From Fonticula-like sp. SCN 57-25 (lineage: Eukaryota): DNA of 64,000 nucleotides. Position numbers and translations under genes: made by a program. The stretch is from contig MEDX01000010.1 of the NCBI GenBank assembly GCA_001724245.1, forward strand, positions 1-64,000. The letters run 5' to 3'. Of the stretch, positions 12,721 to 25,818 are shown piece after piece. Below the pieces are notes generated by a model that saw only the letters and a program-made list of their open reading frames with translations, did not search any database and was not told the origin of the DNA. Position 1 is the first letter of the stretch. Every line of letters starts with the position of its first letter.

Positions 12721-15022
12721 TCAGAAGCGCAGCCGCGCAATGTCGGCCGGCTGGAACTGGACGTGGAGCTGCAGGAACTGCTTGACCTCTGCGACGGTAA
12801 GCCGCCACGCGCCGCCGCCGCCGCTGCCGTTCACCGCGTGCGTCCCGTAAAACTCGTTCACTTCGCTGAGCGAGTCCAGGCTGAGCAGCGCACAGATCTG
12901 GAGCACGCGGGCGAGGCGGTCGCGCGCGCCGTACTGCGCAAAGTGGCCGACGAGCTGCCGCAGGCTACGGTCGAGAAGAAGCGAGCCCATCTGTTTGGCG
13001 GAAAGTGAGCAAAAAAAGTATGTGGCCAATGAACGCGTACGTGGTTGAAGCGGAGCTTGAGGATGGCGCGCTCGAGCTCCTTGGCAACGTAGTTGAGCGC
13101 AAGCCCGACCATGCGCGCATAATTTCCTTCTGTCAATCCATCCTAATTTCATTGGATTAGTTACCAAAATGTATGCGTTTGGCGTCCTGGCCTCATACCT
13201 GGAACTGACGCGCGGCCTTTGAATAGTCTGTGATAAACTTTGCGGCGAATGATTCGCGTGCGGCCGCCTCGTCGTACTCGTCGTCCGTGATGAGGAACTT
13301 TGCCTCCTTGAGCGACTCCTGGAGCGCCGCGCGGACGTCCGGCATAAACGCGTGCGCAAAGAGGTACTGGACTCCGTCGGCGAGCAGCTGCAGGACCGGC
13401 TCGGCGGCGTCCGAAAAGACGGCCAGGACCGACTCGATCTTTTGCCGCGCAACGCTGTCCTCGTCCATGGTTTCCACCACATGGCCCATGAGTTCGCTTT
13501 TGAGCTTTCCAACATACTCTGCGGCAACGTCGGCGTTGTTGAGGGTAATCATATTCCTGGCGCGGACCTCCTTGGTGTCCTCAAGCGCGTAGAGGGTGCT
13601 AAGCGCGCCGCGCAGCGCGCCGACAAAGTCGTCCTCGAACACGCGCGCGCTCACGTTGACCATGGCGCACAGCCCGTCGACGTCGGTGGTCGCCATGGCG
13701 CGCATCATGCACTTTTTGAAAATGTAAAAGGCGTCGTCGACGGCAGAGCTGGTGCGCGAGTCGGCGTCGCGCTCGTCGATCTGGAGCGCCTTTTCGACGC
13801 TGCGCCGCATAAAGAGCTCCTCGAGCGCAAGGTACTTTACGACGAGGTCCTGCAGCCGCTTGGCAAGCGGTGTCTCATTAGCCCAGCCAGCGGCGCCGAG
13901 CCGCATGGCACTGTGCTGGCGCGTGCCGGCGGCCACTTCGCGCTGCGCCGCCTTGTCCACGGCGATCTGGTCGAGCTGCTGCTGCATGCGGCCAGAAATA
14001 AAGTTGAGGAAAAGATGCGACCGCGCAATGATCTCGGCCAGGGAAACGAGAACAAGATCGAGCTCCTTCATGTCGGCGGGCGTCGGCGCGCGGCTGCTCA
14101 GCAGGCGGTCAACGCCAACGCGGTCCACAAAGGCGGTCGCCGTCCGGTCCATCTGCTTGTCCACGGTGCGCTGAAGGCGCTCAAGCAGCGTCAGCATGTG
14201 GCCGGGCGAGTAGTGCGTCTCAACAAGCGGCTCCTCCTCATCAATCACGTTTGCAACCTGCTCGTACAGCCGCGTCATAAACTCGGCGTACTGGGAGCCG
14301 CCGTTGGCCGTCCGCAGCTCGCCAAAGGACGCCTCAGCGCCTTGCTCCACGCGCGCGCCGAGGTAGTCCGCGTAGCGAAGCAGGCCCTCGGGCGCCATCC
14401 GCAAGAGCGGGAAGAGCTTGAAAAAGCGCACGACGCGATCCCCGTCGCCCTTGGAGGCCGCCTTTTGAAACTCGTCCACCAAGATCGTCCGTAGCTCCGT
14501 CTCAGCCTGCGTCATCACGTCCTCGCCCGCGGCGCCCGTCACGGGGCTCGCAAGCGCCATCCGCGCAAGCTTTGGGTCAAAGCTGCGGTAGCGGTGAATG
14601 TACACCGCCGCCGTCTCGTAGTTACCCGCCGAGATGGCGGGAAGCACGCCGGCAGCGCACGACTTTAGCTCGAGCACGTTCTCCACCTCGCCGATCGCAT
14701 CCTGCACGCGCGACTGCTCAACGTCCAATTGGCGCACCTTGGCGCTCACCGCCTCCGCCAGCTTGCTCGTCCCGACCACGGTCGACCGCAGCCGAGCGAC
14801 ATCGCCCAGGAGCAGCGCGAGGCGCGGCCGCAGGGCATCGAGCGTCTCGAGCTGAAGCTGCACGCCGTGGCGGCCGTGCAGATCCGAGTTAAGGTCGCGG
14901 TCAATCTCAATCTCGGCCTCCTCCACCTGTGCAAGCAGGCGCTGCACCTGCCCGAGGTCGGTGAGGCGGCGAAGATCGTCCACCGACAGCGCGTCCAGCC
15001 CTGACGCTGCCGCCGCCGCCAT
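12721..15022 (-). CDS. COG4: Conserved oligomeric Golgi complex subunit 4
   Basis: LAEAVSAKVRQLDVEQSRV, YETAAVYIHRY, RFFKLFPLL, TSSAVDDAFYIFKK, and C-terminal GSLLLDRSLR and WRLTVAEVKQFL. Two 3' introns. Confidence 0.93.
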
Positions 15023-15274
15023 CTCAGAAGGATGTACACCCTGGTTTGTGTCACCGGTTGCCACTAAGAGTCTACCCGTATCTAGGTAGGTTGTTTTCGT
15101 CCCCCCGCTGTCATTTTGGGGTTTTGTGAGCTGACAGGCGTGGCGACCAATCACCTCGTGACGTCGGGCAGCAGGTGCGTGGCGCCATCCCGAGGGCAGT
15201 GTTGTTGCGACCCCCCCCCTTCTTTTCATACCCCTTGTCGACCGGAGGCGAGCGAGCCGACCAGCCTAGCGACC

Positions 15275-17433
15275 ATGACGGCGTCCGATGCAGCCCTGCT
15301 GGACAACCGCGTCATGTGGACGCCGCCGGCGAACCACGTGTCCCGCATGGACGAGTTCCGCGAGCGCGTCAATGCCAGTCACGGTTTGGCGATCGGTGCG
15401 CGATCTTGGGGCAATGCCGCCGCGCTGCAGCGATCTAACCCTCCTGCGGTCTAGCCAACTATGACGAGCTGTACGCGTGGTCGGTCGAGCACATTGGCGA
15501 CTTTTGGGCGGACGTCTGGCACTTCACTGACATGATCTCGTCGACGGGCTACAGCGCCGTGGTTGACGAAACGGCCAAGCCGGCCGATCTGCCAAAGTGG
15601 TTCGCCGGCGCGCGCCTTAACTACGCCGAGAACATGCTCTGGCGCGACGACGACGGCGTGGCGATCTACGCGACCGGTACGCCGCGCCTCCCTGCGCTGC
15701 TGTGCTCACGTGGCCATTGATGTTTGCAGACGAGAGCGGCGTTGTGACGCGCGTGACTTTTGCCGATCTGCGCGAGCGCGTCCGCCGGTGCGCGGCCGCA
15801 CTTCGCCGCGCCGGTATCCGCGTGGGCGACCGCGTTGTCGGTTACATTGCCAACTGCGCCGAGGCCGTTGTTGCAATGCTCGCCGCCACAAGCATTGGCG
15901 CGATTTGGTCGTCGACGTCACCCGACTTTGGCGTCAAGGGCGTCCTTGAGCGCTTCACGCAGATCGAGCCGCGCATCATCTTTTCTGTGAACGCCGTTCT
16001 GTACAATGGCAAGGTGTTTGACCACCTTGAGAAGCTGCGCGAGGTCGTCAGCGGCCTGTCGACCGTTGAGCGCGTTGTCGTCGTGCCGGTCGTTCCGTCG
16101 CACACGATGGACCTCTCGAGCATCCCGAACGGCATGTCGATGTCTGACTTTGAGCTGTCGGGCCGCTGCTCGGACGGCGGCTACCCGCCGCTCGAGTTTG
16201 AGCAGCTTCCGTTTGACCACCCCGGCTTTATCCTGTTCTCGTCGGGCACGACGGGCCACCCCAAGTGCATTGTGCACGCTGCTGCGGGCCCGCTGCTGCA
16301 GCACAAGAAGGAGCACATTATCCACGGCGACATGCGGCGGGACGATATTTTGTTCCAGTACACAACGGCCGGCTGGATGATGTGGAACTGGCTCGTGTCG
16401 GCGCTGTCAGTCGGCGCGAGCATTGTCCTCTACGACGGCTCGCCGCTGCGCCCGACGCCCGCGCACCTCTTCAAGCTCATTGACGAGCTCGGTATTACGA
16501 TGTACGGCACGAGCGCAAAGTTCCTTGCCTCGCTTGAGGAGCTCGGCTTCCACCCGAACGAGCACGCGTCGCTGGCGTCGCTCAAGGTGATTTACTCGAC
16601 CGGCTCGCCGCTCAAGCCCGAGTCGTACGACTATGTCTACACGCACATCAAGAGCAACGTGTGCCTTGCGAGCATCACTGGCGGCACCGACATTGTGAGT
16701 CTCTTTGCCGGCGGCAACACGACGCTGCCCGTCTACCGTGGCGAGGTGCAGTGCCGCAACCTTGGCATGAAGGTCGAGTGCTTTAGCGACGACGGCCTGC
16801 CGCTGATGGGCCAGCGCGGCGACCTTGTCTGCACGCGGCCCTTCCCGTGCCAGCCCGTCTTTTTCTGGAACGACCCCGACGGCAGCAAGTACACCAAGGC
16901 GTACTTTGCCGCCTTCCCGGGCGTCTGGTACCACGGCGACTTTCTCGTCATCAACCCGGTCACCGGCGGCGTCGTCATGCTCGGCAGGAGCGACGGCACG
17001 CTTAACCCGGGCGGTGTCCGCATCGGGTCGGCCGAGCTCTACAACCTCGTCGAGGCGTACGAGGAGGTCGCCGACTGCCTCGTCGTCGGGCAGCCGTGGC
17101 ACGACGACGAGCGCGTCGTCATGTTCCTCAAGATGGCCGGCGACAAGACCGTCTCGCGGGAACTCGTCGCGAGGCTAAAGGACCATATCAGGAAAGAGCT
17201 CTCGCCGAGGCACGTCCCGTCGTTCATCCTCCCAATCTCGGACATTCCCGTACGAACTTTTCAAGATATGTTTTGCCCTGCTAACTGTGGTATGGACACA
17301 GTACACAATCAATGGGAAAAAGGTCGAGGTGGCCGTCAAGCGCATTCTCGGCGGGGAGACGATCGTCCCGAGCGGCGCCATCGCCAACCCAGAGGCCCTC
17401 AGGCTGTACGAGAACATTCCCGAGCTGCAGTAG
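15275..17433 (+). CDS. AACS: Acetoacetyl-CoA synthetase
   Basis: [66 protein letters not shown], and [11 protein letters not shown] after splicing. Three introns. Confidence 0.96.
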
Positions 17434-17813
17434 GGCGCGCGGGCTAGATTATTAGAGCAGGTGATGGAGGACATTCAGGCGTATTCGTGTAACGTTCGAG
17501 TCGGGATTGATTAATTAAGTCGACAGAGACACTTTTTATTTTCGCTTTCAAGAGTTTTGTTGTGACGTTTGTTTTGATGTTGCATTGTCGCAATAACATA
17601 GATTTACGTGATTGAGGAGACAATGGTAGGCAATGGGTCGTACAGATAATAACTGTATTCTCGAAAGTAGTCTGCCGAGGCTGACCATCCATACAAAGCA
17701 TATATAAACTCGCGCCTGCCAGCCAAATCCCAGCTCGGCAGCAGCGGAAAAGTACACGATATCATACACATAAAGCGCCTCTCGTCACGCGCGCTGTACA
17801 CCACCTCTTTGCT

Positions 17814-19214
17814 CTACTTTTGCGCCGCTCCCTTCCCGCCGGCCGCCGGGGTGACCCATACGAGCTCCCCCCTGAGATACGTCGCCTTGACCTGCAGGTC
17901 GTCGTCGAGCAGCACAAAGTCGGCGTCGGCGCCCTCGTTGAGCGTCCCCTTCTTGTCTGCGATGCCGAGCGCGCGCGCCGGGTGGAGCGTGCACGCGTTG
18001 AGCGCCGCGGCGGTGGACCCGACGGCGTCGCGGTAGTTTCGCACGCAGACGTCCATTGGCGCGACGTTGCCGGCGAGGATGTTTGCGCCGTTGAGCAGCA
18101 CGCGGTCGTCCAGGACGCGCACGACGGCGTCGCCAAGCTGGTGCGTGCCGGGTTCGAGGCCCATCGCGGCGGTGGCACCGGTGACCAGGACGGCGCCGCC
18201 GGGGTGCGCACTGTGCGCCATCTTGAGCATCGTCGGGTGGACGTGGAGGTTGTCGGCCACGACGGTGTAATATGGGCGCGTGCACGAGGAGGCGCCGCTG
18301 CCGAGGAGGCCGGCCGTGCCGGGGTCCTGGACGGGGCGCTGCACAGAGCGTGAGACAAGGAAAAAGGGACCAAAAGGAAAAGCAAAATGGATAAAGAACA
18401 TCACAGACTCATCAAAGAAAACACAAACATTTAAATGCCATTAACGTACGCGTGCGAGCGAGTCAAAAATGTTTGTGACGAGCGAGACGCCCTGCGCGAC
18501 GGCGCGCTCCGCCTCCGCGACTGACGCGTCCGAGTGACCCGCGGCAACAATGACATTCCTCGCGCGGAGCTCTGGAATGATCCCCATCGCGCCGCTCACC
18601 TCTGGCGCCAGTGTCACCACACGCACATCCTCGAGCGATCCCTAAATAGCCGTCAGCCATTGAATGCGAGTAGCCACTGTACGTACGCCGTAGACGTCGT
18701 AGAGGCTCACAAGCCCCTTTTCGAGTGATGTGACGGGCGCCTTTTCCGGGAAGCCGTTGGTGACGCTGACAAATGGCCCGTCGAGGTGGACGCCAAGGAG
18801 CTCCGCGGCCTGGGGCGAACCGGGCGACTTGCGTGCGGCGCTGAACACCGGCAGCAGGCGACGGTACGCAGCGGGCGACGTCGAACGGATAGTCGCGACG
18901 TACGCCGTCACGCCGTGCGCGAGCAGATCGAGCGACAGGAACGGGAGGATCGCAGAGACGCTCTCGGGCGTCGACGAAAAGTCAACCCCGAACGAGCCCC
19001 CGACATCGAGATCGATGAAGCCGGGCGCGACGATCAGGCCGTCGCAGTTGATCTTGACGTCGGCGCTGCGGCGGTGCGCGTAAAAGTGCTTCTGCGCGTC
19101 AATGAAGCGGCCGTCCTGGATCCACAGATCCTGCTTGGCAAGTGCGTCTTCCCGAAGCACGCGGCAGTTGGTCAGCTGAATGATGCGGCCGCCAGAGAAG
19201 GGCGGCGGTGCCAT
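17814..19214 (-). CDS. N-acetylglucosamine-6-phosphate deacetylase (NagA/AMDHD2) homolog, predicted catalytically inactive
   Basis: Fold motifs APGFID, HGVT, LGVHLDGPF, VTLAPE, GHS, ILAG, TLHPA, KKGTL..GADADFV are present, with two GT-AG introns. Several active-site residues are substituted (see findings). Confidence 0.9.
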
Positions 19215-19627
19215 GTGCGTGGGGGGAAGCGCACGGGGGGATACAGAGCGGTTCAGCGGGGTATAGAGTGGGAGCTGAGTGGGGAAAGAGAGATGCGTCG
19301 GGGCCGACCGCGTGGACGCCATGCGCGCCACCTTGCGCGGATGGGAAGCGGAATCGTCCTCACCGCCGATTAGTAAAAGCTGAGCTGTTGTCGCGTCGAT
19401 CCCGGGAGCGTGGCTACGAAGCACCGGTGGAGGCGCACCGGCGGGCCGCGTGCGCGCGGCGGCGGTGGCGGCAAGTTATCCAGCCTCGCGGATTTCGCCT
19501 CGCGTCTTGTGCAACAACGCGCTTTGCCGCGACACGCGCACCAATCAAGTATGCGTATTTTCGAAACGGACCAATCATGTATTAGAGTCCAGATCCTGTC
19601 AACTCCGCTTCCGAAGCTCACCACGTC

Positions 19628-20494
19628 ATGGCCGAGCCGACGGAGGGCATGGACTTTCCCGAGGAGCTGGCGGGGTGCACCCTGCTGGGATCCTTCGGGA
19701 TACTGCTCCAGATGGGCCTGGGGCTCATTGCGCTTTCGACGCTGCTGTGTACGTGAAAGGGTGGCTGCCATTTTTTCCGCGAAAGCTCATGTTTATTCTA
19801 GTGAAGCGGCATCGCGAGCGGCCGCGGCGACCGCTCCGAGTGTGGCTCTATGACGCCTCCAAGCAGGCAATCGCCCAGGCGGTCATTCATTTTTTGAGCA
19901 TATTGCTTGCGATGGGGCTGGGCGTGCGCGAGCGCCACGGCGTCCAGGACATGTGCGTGTGGTACTTTTTAAACATCATGCTCGACACGACCATTGGCGT
20001 ACTGCTCCTCGCCGGCTTCCACGCCATCGTGCGCGCCATCGCGAAACGCAAGCAGATCAAGTCGCTGGAAAGCGGCAATTATGGCAAGCCCCCGCGGCTC
20101 TCCATCTGGGCGATCCAGCTTGTCGTGTTCATCTTTAATATCGCGTTGGTAAAGGTGCGTCAGGGCCGTTTTCTTTTGCAAAGCTGCATCCTAACGCGCC
20201 GTGCAGCTCACAATTGGGTTAATTCTGTGGCTTTTCCCGAAAATCGGCCTTTGGACGTCGGACCTCTTTGAGCCGCTCAAGGGCCACCCCAACGTTGAGC
20301 TGACTATCGTAATGGTCGTTGTGCCCTTTGTCATGAACGTCTTTCAGTTCTGGGCCATCGACGCCGTCATCAAGGACCCGAACGCCGACGGCGATGGGTA
20401 CCGCAGCCGCAGGCACGGTTACTACGATGACCCGGAGGACGGCGACGTGTTTATGCTGTCGGAGAATGCGTACGGCATCGATGCCGAGCTTTAA
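19628..20494 (+). CDS. STIMATE/TMEM110 (YPL162C-like) membrane protein
   Basis: CTLLGSFGILLQ...KRHRERPRRPLRVWLYDASKQ, CVWYFLNIMLDTTIG, SGNYGKPP and NVFQFWAIDAVIK. Two introns. Confidence 0.9.
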
Positions 20495-20659
20495 CTGTCG
20501 CATCGATCCGCTGTTGGTTTGCCCTGCTTTTCGCTTATATTGTTGAGTTGTAATTCAAATTTCTGCACAAATATGGACCCTTAATAGATGTATAAAACCA
20601 TGTGCGAAATGAACGTGTAAACACCCTCTATTAATCTAAACTGAGAGATATTGGCGCGA

Positions 20660-21518
20660 TTACAGCTTGCCGGCAGCCGCCACCTGCTCCTTCCAGTAGA
20701 TCTCCCACATGTGGTCAAAGATGATGGTGTAGCCGGTGGGGAGAGCGTGAATGCAGTCGCGCATGAGACTAGGGTGGGGGTTAGCGGTGCGATGCCATGA
20801 AAAATGCGCGTACTCGGCGGGGGAGAAGTAGTCAACGTTCGGGTACGGGCCGGGGATCACGTCGGGCTGGGACGCCTGCATCGTGCCGAGCATGTTCAGG
20901 GCAACGTGCGACTCGGGGTAGTACTCATGGACACCCTATAAATGGAATGGTACACTTTGTTTAGCGACGATATCAACGCGCACGCGGGGAACGCACCTCG
21001 ACGTAGTCGTACTGGAGGCGGAACATTTCGTTGTTGAAGCACGCGGTGGTGTTGCACCACGGGATGAGCACCTTGCCGGCCGTCCTGCAGCCCACGGACA
21101 TTTCAAAGTTGACGATGTCGTAGCCGAACTGGACGATCTGGATCGTGGGATCGTACTCGACGAGGCGGTCGACAAAGATGCGCGTGTTGTTGATGGCGTC
21201 CTCCAAAATAGTCTCGATGGGGCGGCCAAGGGCAAGCTCGAAAATGGCGTCGTTGCCGCCAATGGAAAGCCAGACCCACTTGCAGTCGGGGTTCTCCTTC
21301 ACCATGTCGACGAGCGAGTCGGGATCGCGAGCCCAGAAGCGAGCAGTGGTGCCGCCGATGGCGCCGTTGTAAACGTCAATGTCGACACCGCGCTTGGTAA
21401 ACATCTCCTGGAGCTGGGTGCCAGCAAGGGCTCCCCACGAGTCGCCAAACACGACAACCTCGGCGGCGAGCGCCGCGGACGCCAGCAGGACCACAAGAAC
21501 CACGCTCCTCTTGAACAT
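20660..21518 (-). CDS. Secreted SGNH/GDSL hydrolase
   Basis: Signal peptide, block I FGDSW, block II AIGG, block III SIGGND and block V DCIH. One intron. Confidence 0.88.
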
Positions 21519-21800
21519 TGTCGCGGGTGGGCAATGGTGGAGCACGAAACAAAAAACATCCGTCGGATCGCCACGTGGCCTCGATCGCGGTGGGTCTCGA
21601 GGTCACGCAGGGCTATACATGCCTACGGCCATAATGGTGGCCATAATGAAGCATTAAAGGCTGTATTCAAGGCTACATTAATCAAGGCTACATTGATGTG
21701 ATGCGATACATGGTATGTCGGAATTAAGACACAAGAAGACNAAGACGATGATGACCAAAGGGGCTAAATAAATGTCAAAGTTGGTGTGCTAAAGAGGCGT

Positions 21801-23129
21801 CTAGAGCTTGGGCTTGACCGCCTGGAACACACGCTCCGTCTGGCCCTTGACCGCGCGCACCGTCGTGCGCTGCACCTCCCATTGGGGCTCGGGCAGATCC
21901 CTGTTGGGCAGCAGCTCGCGCGTGAGCACGTAGACCCCTGCATGAATATGGTTAGAAACGCATGTGAAATGCCGACTGCGCACTGTTGTGGCCGGTCGAG
22001 TCGAGCCAGTTCTTGTGGCCAGGGTCAACGCTGCTGACCACGTACTCAAAGGTGCCGTCCCGGCGGCAGGCCGTGTTGGTGAACTTGAGGAAGGTGGTCG
22101 AGCGGACGTAGTCGAGCGACTCGAGCCAGCGGTTGTACACGCAGATGCCAAAGTAGCGGCACTTTGGCATTTTTCTGCCACAAAAAGGTCAGCAAAGGAA
22201 AGTAATACGCAACGGAACGCACCCGCGGATGACAATGGCCGGCGCGTCGAGCGGGTCCGAGCTCTGCTCGTTGACGAGGTCGTCAAAGTACGCGACCATG
22301 TAGCGGTTGTCGAGCGTCGGGAAGAGCTGCGTGCCGTCGCCGCACATAAAGGTGCCGTTCGCCATCTGGCTAAAGGCCTCGTGCGCCTTGATCGTGTTGC
22401 TGATCGTAGAGTCCATGTACGCGCGCGCGAGCTCGGTGCCGCGGCCCAAAAAGTTTTCGCCGAACGTGGTCACAAGAACATCTCCGGCATCGAGCAGGCG
22501 CTCGATGTAGATCTTGATGGGCGCCTCGCGGGTGCGGTCCGAAAAGTACTGGCGGCAAATGATGCTCGTCTCGTCGCCGTGGCCGCGAAGGATCGTCTTC
22601 TGGCGGAGCGCCGGCGGCAGCGTCGAGATATCCTCGGCCGTGACAATCAGCTCAAACTCGCCGCGGCGGTTGCGCGGAATGTTCTCGTCAGAGAGATTGT
22701 GACCGGGAAGGCCCTGCGAGCGGTACAGCTGGATGCCCATGTACAGCGTCTTCCTCGGGATCACGCCCCAGATACGGTAGCGGCGGCCGCTCTGCGTACA
22801 CGTCAGCTACTCAGTTAAAGCGGCATGCCCCATACCTTGAGCAGGAGGTTGGAGCGGAGGTAGTCCGTGTCGGGCGAGTCGAAAAACACCTTGCGGTTGT
22901 ACGCCACTGTGTTGCGAAAGTGGGGCTGATCAGGGTTCCAGTTCTCAATGTAATTCTCGGCGGCGGACGCCAGGATACGGAGGAGGAAGCGGCGGCCTTC
23001 GGCACGATCGAGAGAGTCCTTAACTTCATCAAGGATCTTCATCCAATGCTGGAGTGTGTGCGAGATCACCTGAATGTTCCTGCCATCCGGGGCCTTGGGT
23101 TCCGCGGCCAGCTTGACAACGGTCGTCAT
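21801..23129 (-). CDS. DUF1214-like protein of bacterial type, with three introns and C-terminal PKL
   Basis: DRAEGRRFLLR, DSPDTDY, YRIWG, GEFELIV, RQYFSD, WLESLDY and DGTFEYVVSSVDPGHKNWLDSTGH match the actinobacterial/proteobacterial DUF1214-containing family pattern. The spliced end is ...QAVKPKL*. Confidence 0.8.
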
Positions 23130-23603
23130 GGTGGCAGAGGGATCGAAGTGGGGGTGTTGCTAGGATGACGAGTTCGTCTGATTTTGATGCTGTTTTGATT
23201 TTGTGGGACAATTTCCAAACCAACCCCTGACCGACCAAAACCGACCGAGACCGACCGAGACCGACTGTTTGTTTTGAGTTGTCGACGGTCCTTGGGCATC
23301 ATCGACACCAGTGCATCCTAGCGCAGGAGTACCACTGGGGCCGACGTAGTCTAGGAGCCATCGTTCGCTGCCAGGCCTACCATCACACGCATCTGTCTTG
23401 GGTACGCTGGCGGGCGGATGCGCTTGGGTGTGGGGCGCGAATGGATGGTCCGATGGTGGATGGAATGTTGGATGGCTGGGTGTCCGATTTGACCGTTGGG
23501 CGGAGGCATTTGATTAGGTCAACTGACGCTTTGCTCGCTTTTTCTTGTTGTGCCGTGTGCGCTTGCAGCTTGGTATTCTGCTCAAGTATAGTACGCGGTT
23601 AAA

Positions 23604-25530
23604 ATGGCCATTCGTCCGGATGACGCGCTTTACCCGATCGCTGTGCTCGTTGACGAGCTCAAGCATGAGGAGGTCGCCCTCCGCCTTAACGCGATCCACC
23701 GCTTGACGACGATCGCGCTGGCGCTCGGCCCTGAGCGTACTCGCCAGGAGCTCGTTCCCTTCCTCACAGACGGTATGCGGCTGGCCGCACCGCAGAGCCG
23801 CGCTTACATATTTGTCTAGAATCCACCGATGACGAGGACGAGGTGCTGCATGCCCTCGCCGAGGAGCTCGGCAAGTTTGCCGAGTTCATTGGCGGCCCTG
23901 CGCACATCCCCGTTCTCCTCCCTGCTCTCCAGAGCCTCGCCTCGCAGGAGGAGACCGTTGTCCGCGACAAGGCCGTCGAGTCGCTCTGCCTCCTTTGCGC
24001 GCTCATGCGCGATGAGCAGGTGACGCAGCACTTTGTGCCTCTCATTGAGAAGCTTGCCACTGCACAGTTCTTCACCTCGCGCACGTCGTCGACTGGCCTC
24101 TTTGCCGTCGCGTACCCGCGCGTCAACGCTGCCGTGCAGGAGAAGCTCCGCACCCTCTATGGCGCCCTCTGCAAGGACGACACGCCCATGACTCGCCGCG
24201 CCGCCGCGACGCACCTTGCCGCGCTCGTCAAGGTCCTTAGCAAGGAGCATGTGCTCAAGGAGGCCACCCAGATGTTCTCTGTGCTTGCGTCGGACGACCA
24301 CGACTCTGTGCGCGTGCTGGCTGTGCCGGCCGGTGTTGCCATTGGCGCCCTCTCGACCGAGGCCGAGAACGCCCAGAGCCTGATGCCCACGCTCAAGCAG
24401 GTCATCTCGGACAAGTCGTGGCGCGTGCGCTACATGGTTGCCGACAACTTTGTCGACCTTGCCACCGCGCTCGGCCCGCAGCTCACCAAGGAGGAGCTCG
24501 TGCCCGCCTTCATTGGCCTTTTGCGCGACAACGAGGCCGAGGTGCGTACCGCCGCCGCCGCCAAGGTGCCCGGTTTCTGCAAGCAGATCCCTGAGGACCT
24601 CACGATCCGCCTCGTGCTCCCCTGCGTCCGCGAGCTCGTAACGGACGCGTCGCAGCACGTGCGCGCCTCGCTCGCGCAGCAGATCAGCGGGCTTGCGCCG
24701 ATCCTCGGCAAGGCCGTCACCACCGAGAGCCTGCTGCCGCTTTTCCTCCAGCTTTTGAAGGATGAGTTCTCCGAGGTCCGCCTCAATATTATCTCCAGGC
24801 TCGACTTGGTAAATGAGGTCATTGGCATCGACCTGCTCTCGCAGTCGCTCCTCCCGGCGATCGTCGAGCTCGCCGAGGACAAGCAGTGGCGTGTGCGCCT
24901 CGCCATCATCGAGTACATTCCGCTGCTCTCCCGCCAGCTCGGCGTCGAGTTCTTTGACGACAAGCTCAGCAACCTCTGCCTCTCGTGGCTCGGCGACTGC
25001 GTCTTCTCCATCCGCGAGGCCGCCACCACCAACCTCCGCAAGCTCACCGACGTCTTTGGCGTCGCCTGGGCGCAGGCCACGATTCTCCCCAAGGTCCTCT
25101 CGCTATGCACACACCCCAATTACCTCTACCGCATGACGACGCTTTACGCTATCAATGTACGCTGCCCTTGCGTTTGGGCTGCAAACTGGACGGTTAACTG
25201 ACCCTTTTTGCGATAGATCTTGGCGGATGCTGTTGGGACGCAAACCATCATTGACTCGATGCTCCCGGTTGTCGTGTCGCTGTCGTCGGACCCGACGCCC
25301 AACATCCGTTTCAATGTCGCCAAGACGCTCGAGCGCATCATCCCGCTCGTCAGCGCGACCAACCCGGCGGTCGTGAGCGGCGAGATCAAGACCACGCTCG
25401 ACAAGCTTGTCAAGGACGGCGATATGGATGTGCAGTTCTTTGCCAAGCAAGCATTGGCGAGTACGAACATTGCTTTTTCTTCGCTGGCGTGCTTAACTAA
25501 CCACCGCGCGCTGCAGCTATTGCCGCTTAA
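23604..25530 (+). CDS. PPP2R1A: Protein phosphatase 2A scaffold subunit A (HEAT repeats)
   Basis: [42 protein letters not shown] and PNIRFNVAK. Three coding introns. A probable 5' UTR intron lies at 23402-23591. Confidence 0.97.
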
Positions 25531-25818
25531 GCAGACTAGTGGCGACGACGGAAATTAATCGTTGGGTTTTCGTCTGGCTCTGTCTGGTTGTACATATTTA
25601 TTACTTTCATTGCAACTATGCGCATTTTCTACCTTTCTTGAAAATGAGAAATATACTATTCTAGTTTACATGGACCTAATATGCGGAGATGCAGAGACGC
25701 AAATAACGGGTTAACAGAGTATAGTTACGGGTCAATCAATGTATGATTCATTAAATGGCATGATAGATACAGTGACTCATAATAAATATGTACACGCGCC
25801 TCTTAATTGGCCAATGCG

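Noticed and set aside
17431-17520. Possible stop-codon readthrough of AACS giving a peroxisomal extension
   Set aside because: The TAG is not in a readthrough context, and the extension passes ARL without stopping and ends VGID.
21627-21741. Short direct duplications (GGCCATAATG x2, TCAAGGCTACATT x2) and an ambiguous N at 21741
   Set aside because: Local slippage or assembly noise. There are no terminal inverted repeats, target-site duplication pattern or CRISPR-like spacer structure.
23230-23267. ACCGACCGAG-type short tandem repeat upstream of the DUF1214-like gene
   Set aside because: Only about three units of a simple repeat, with no evidence of function.
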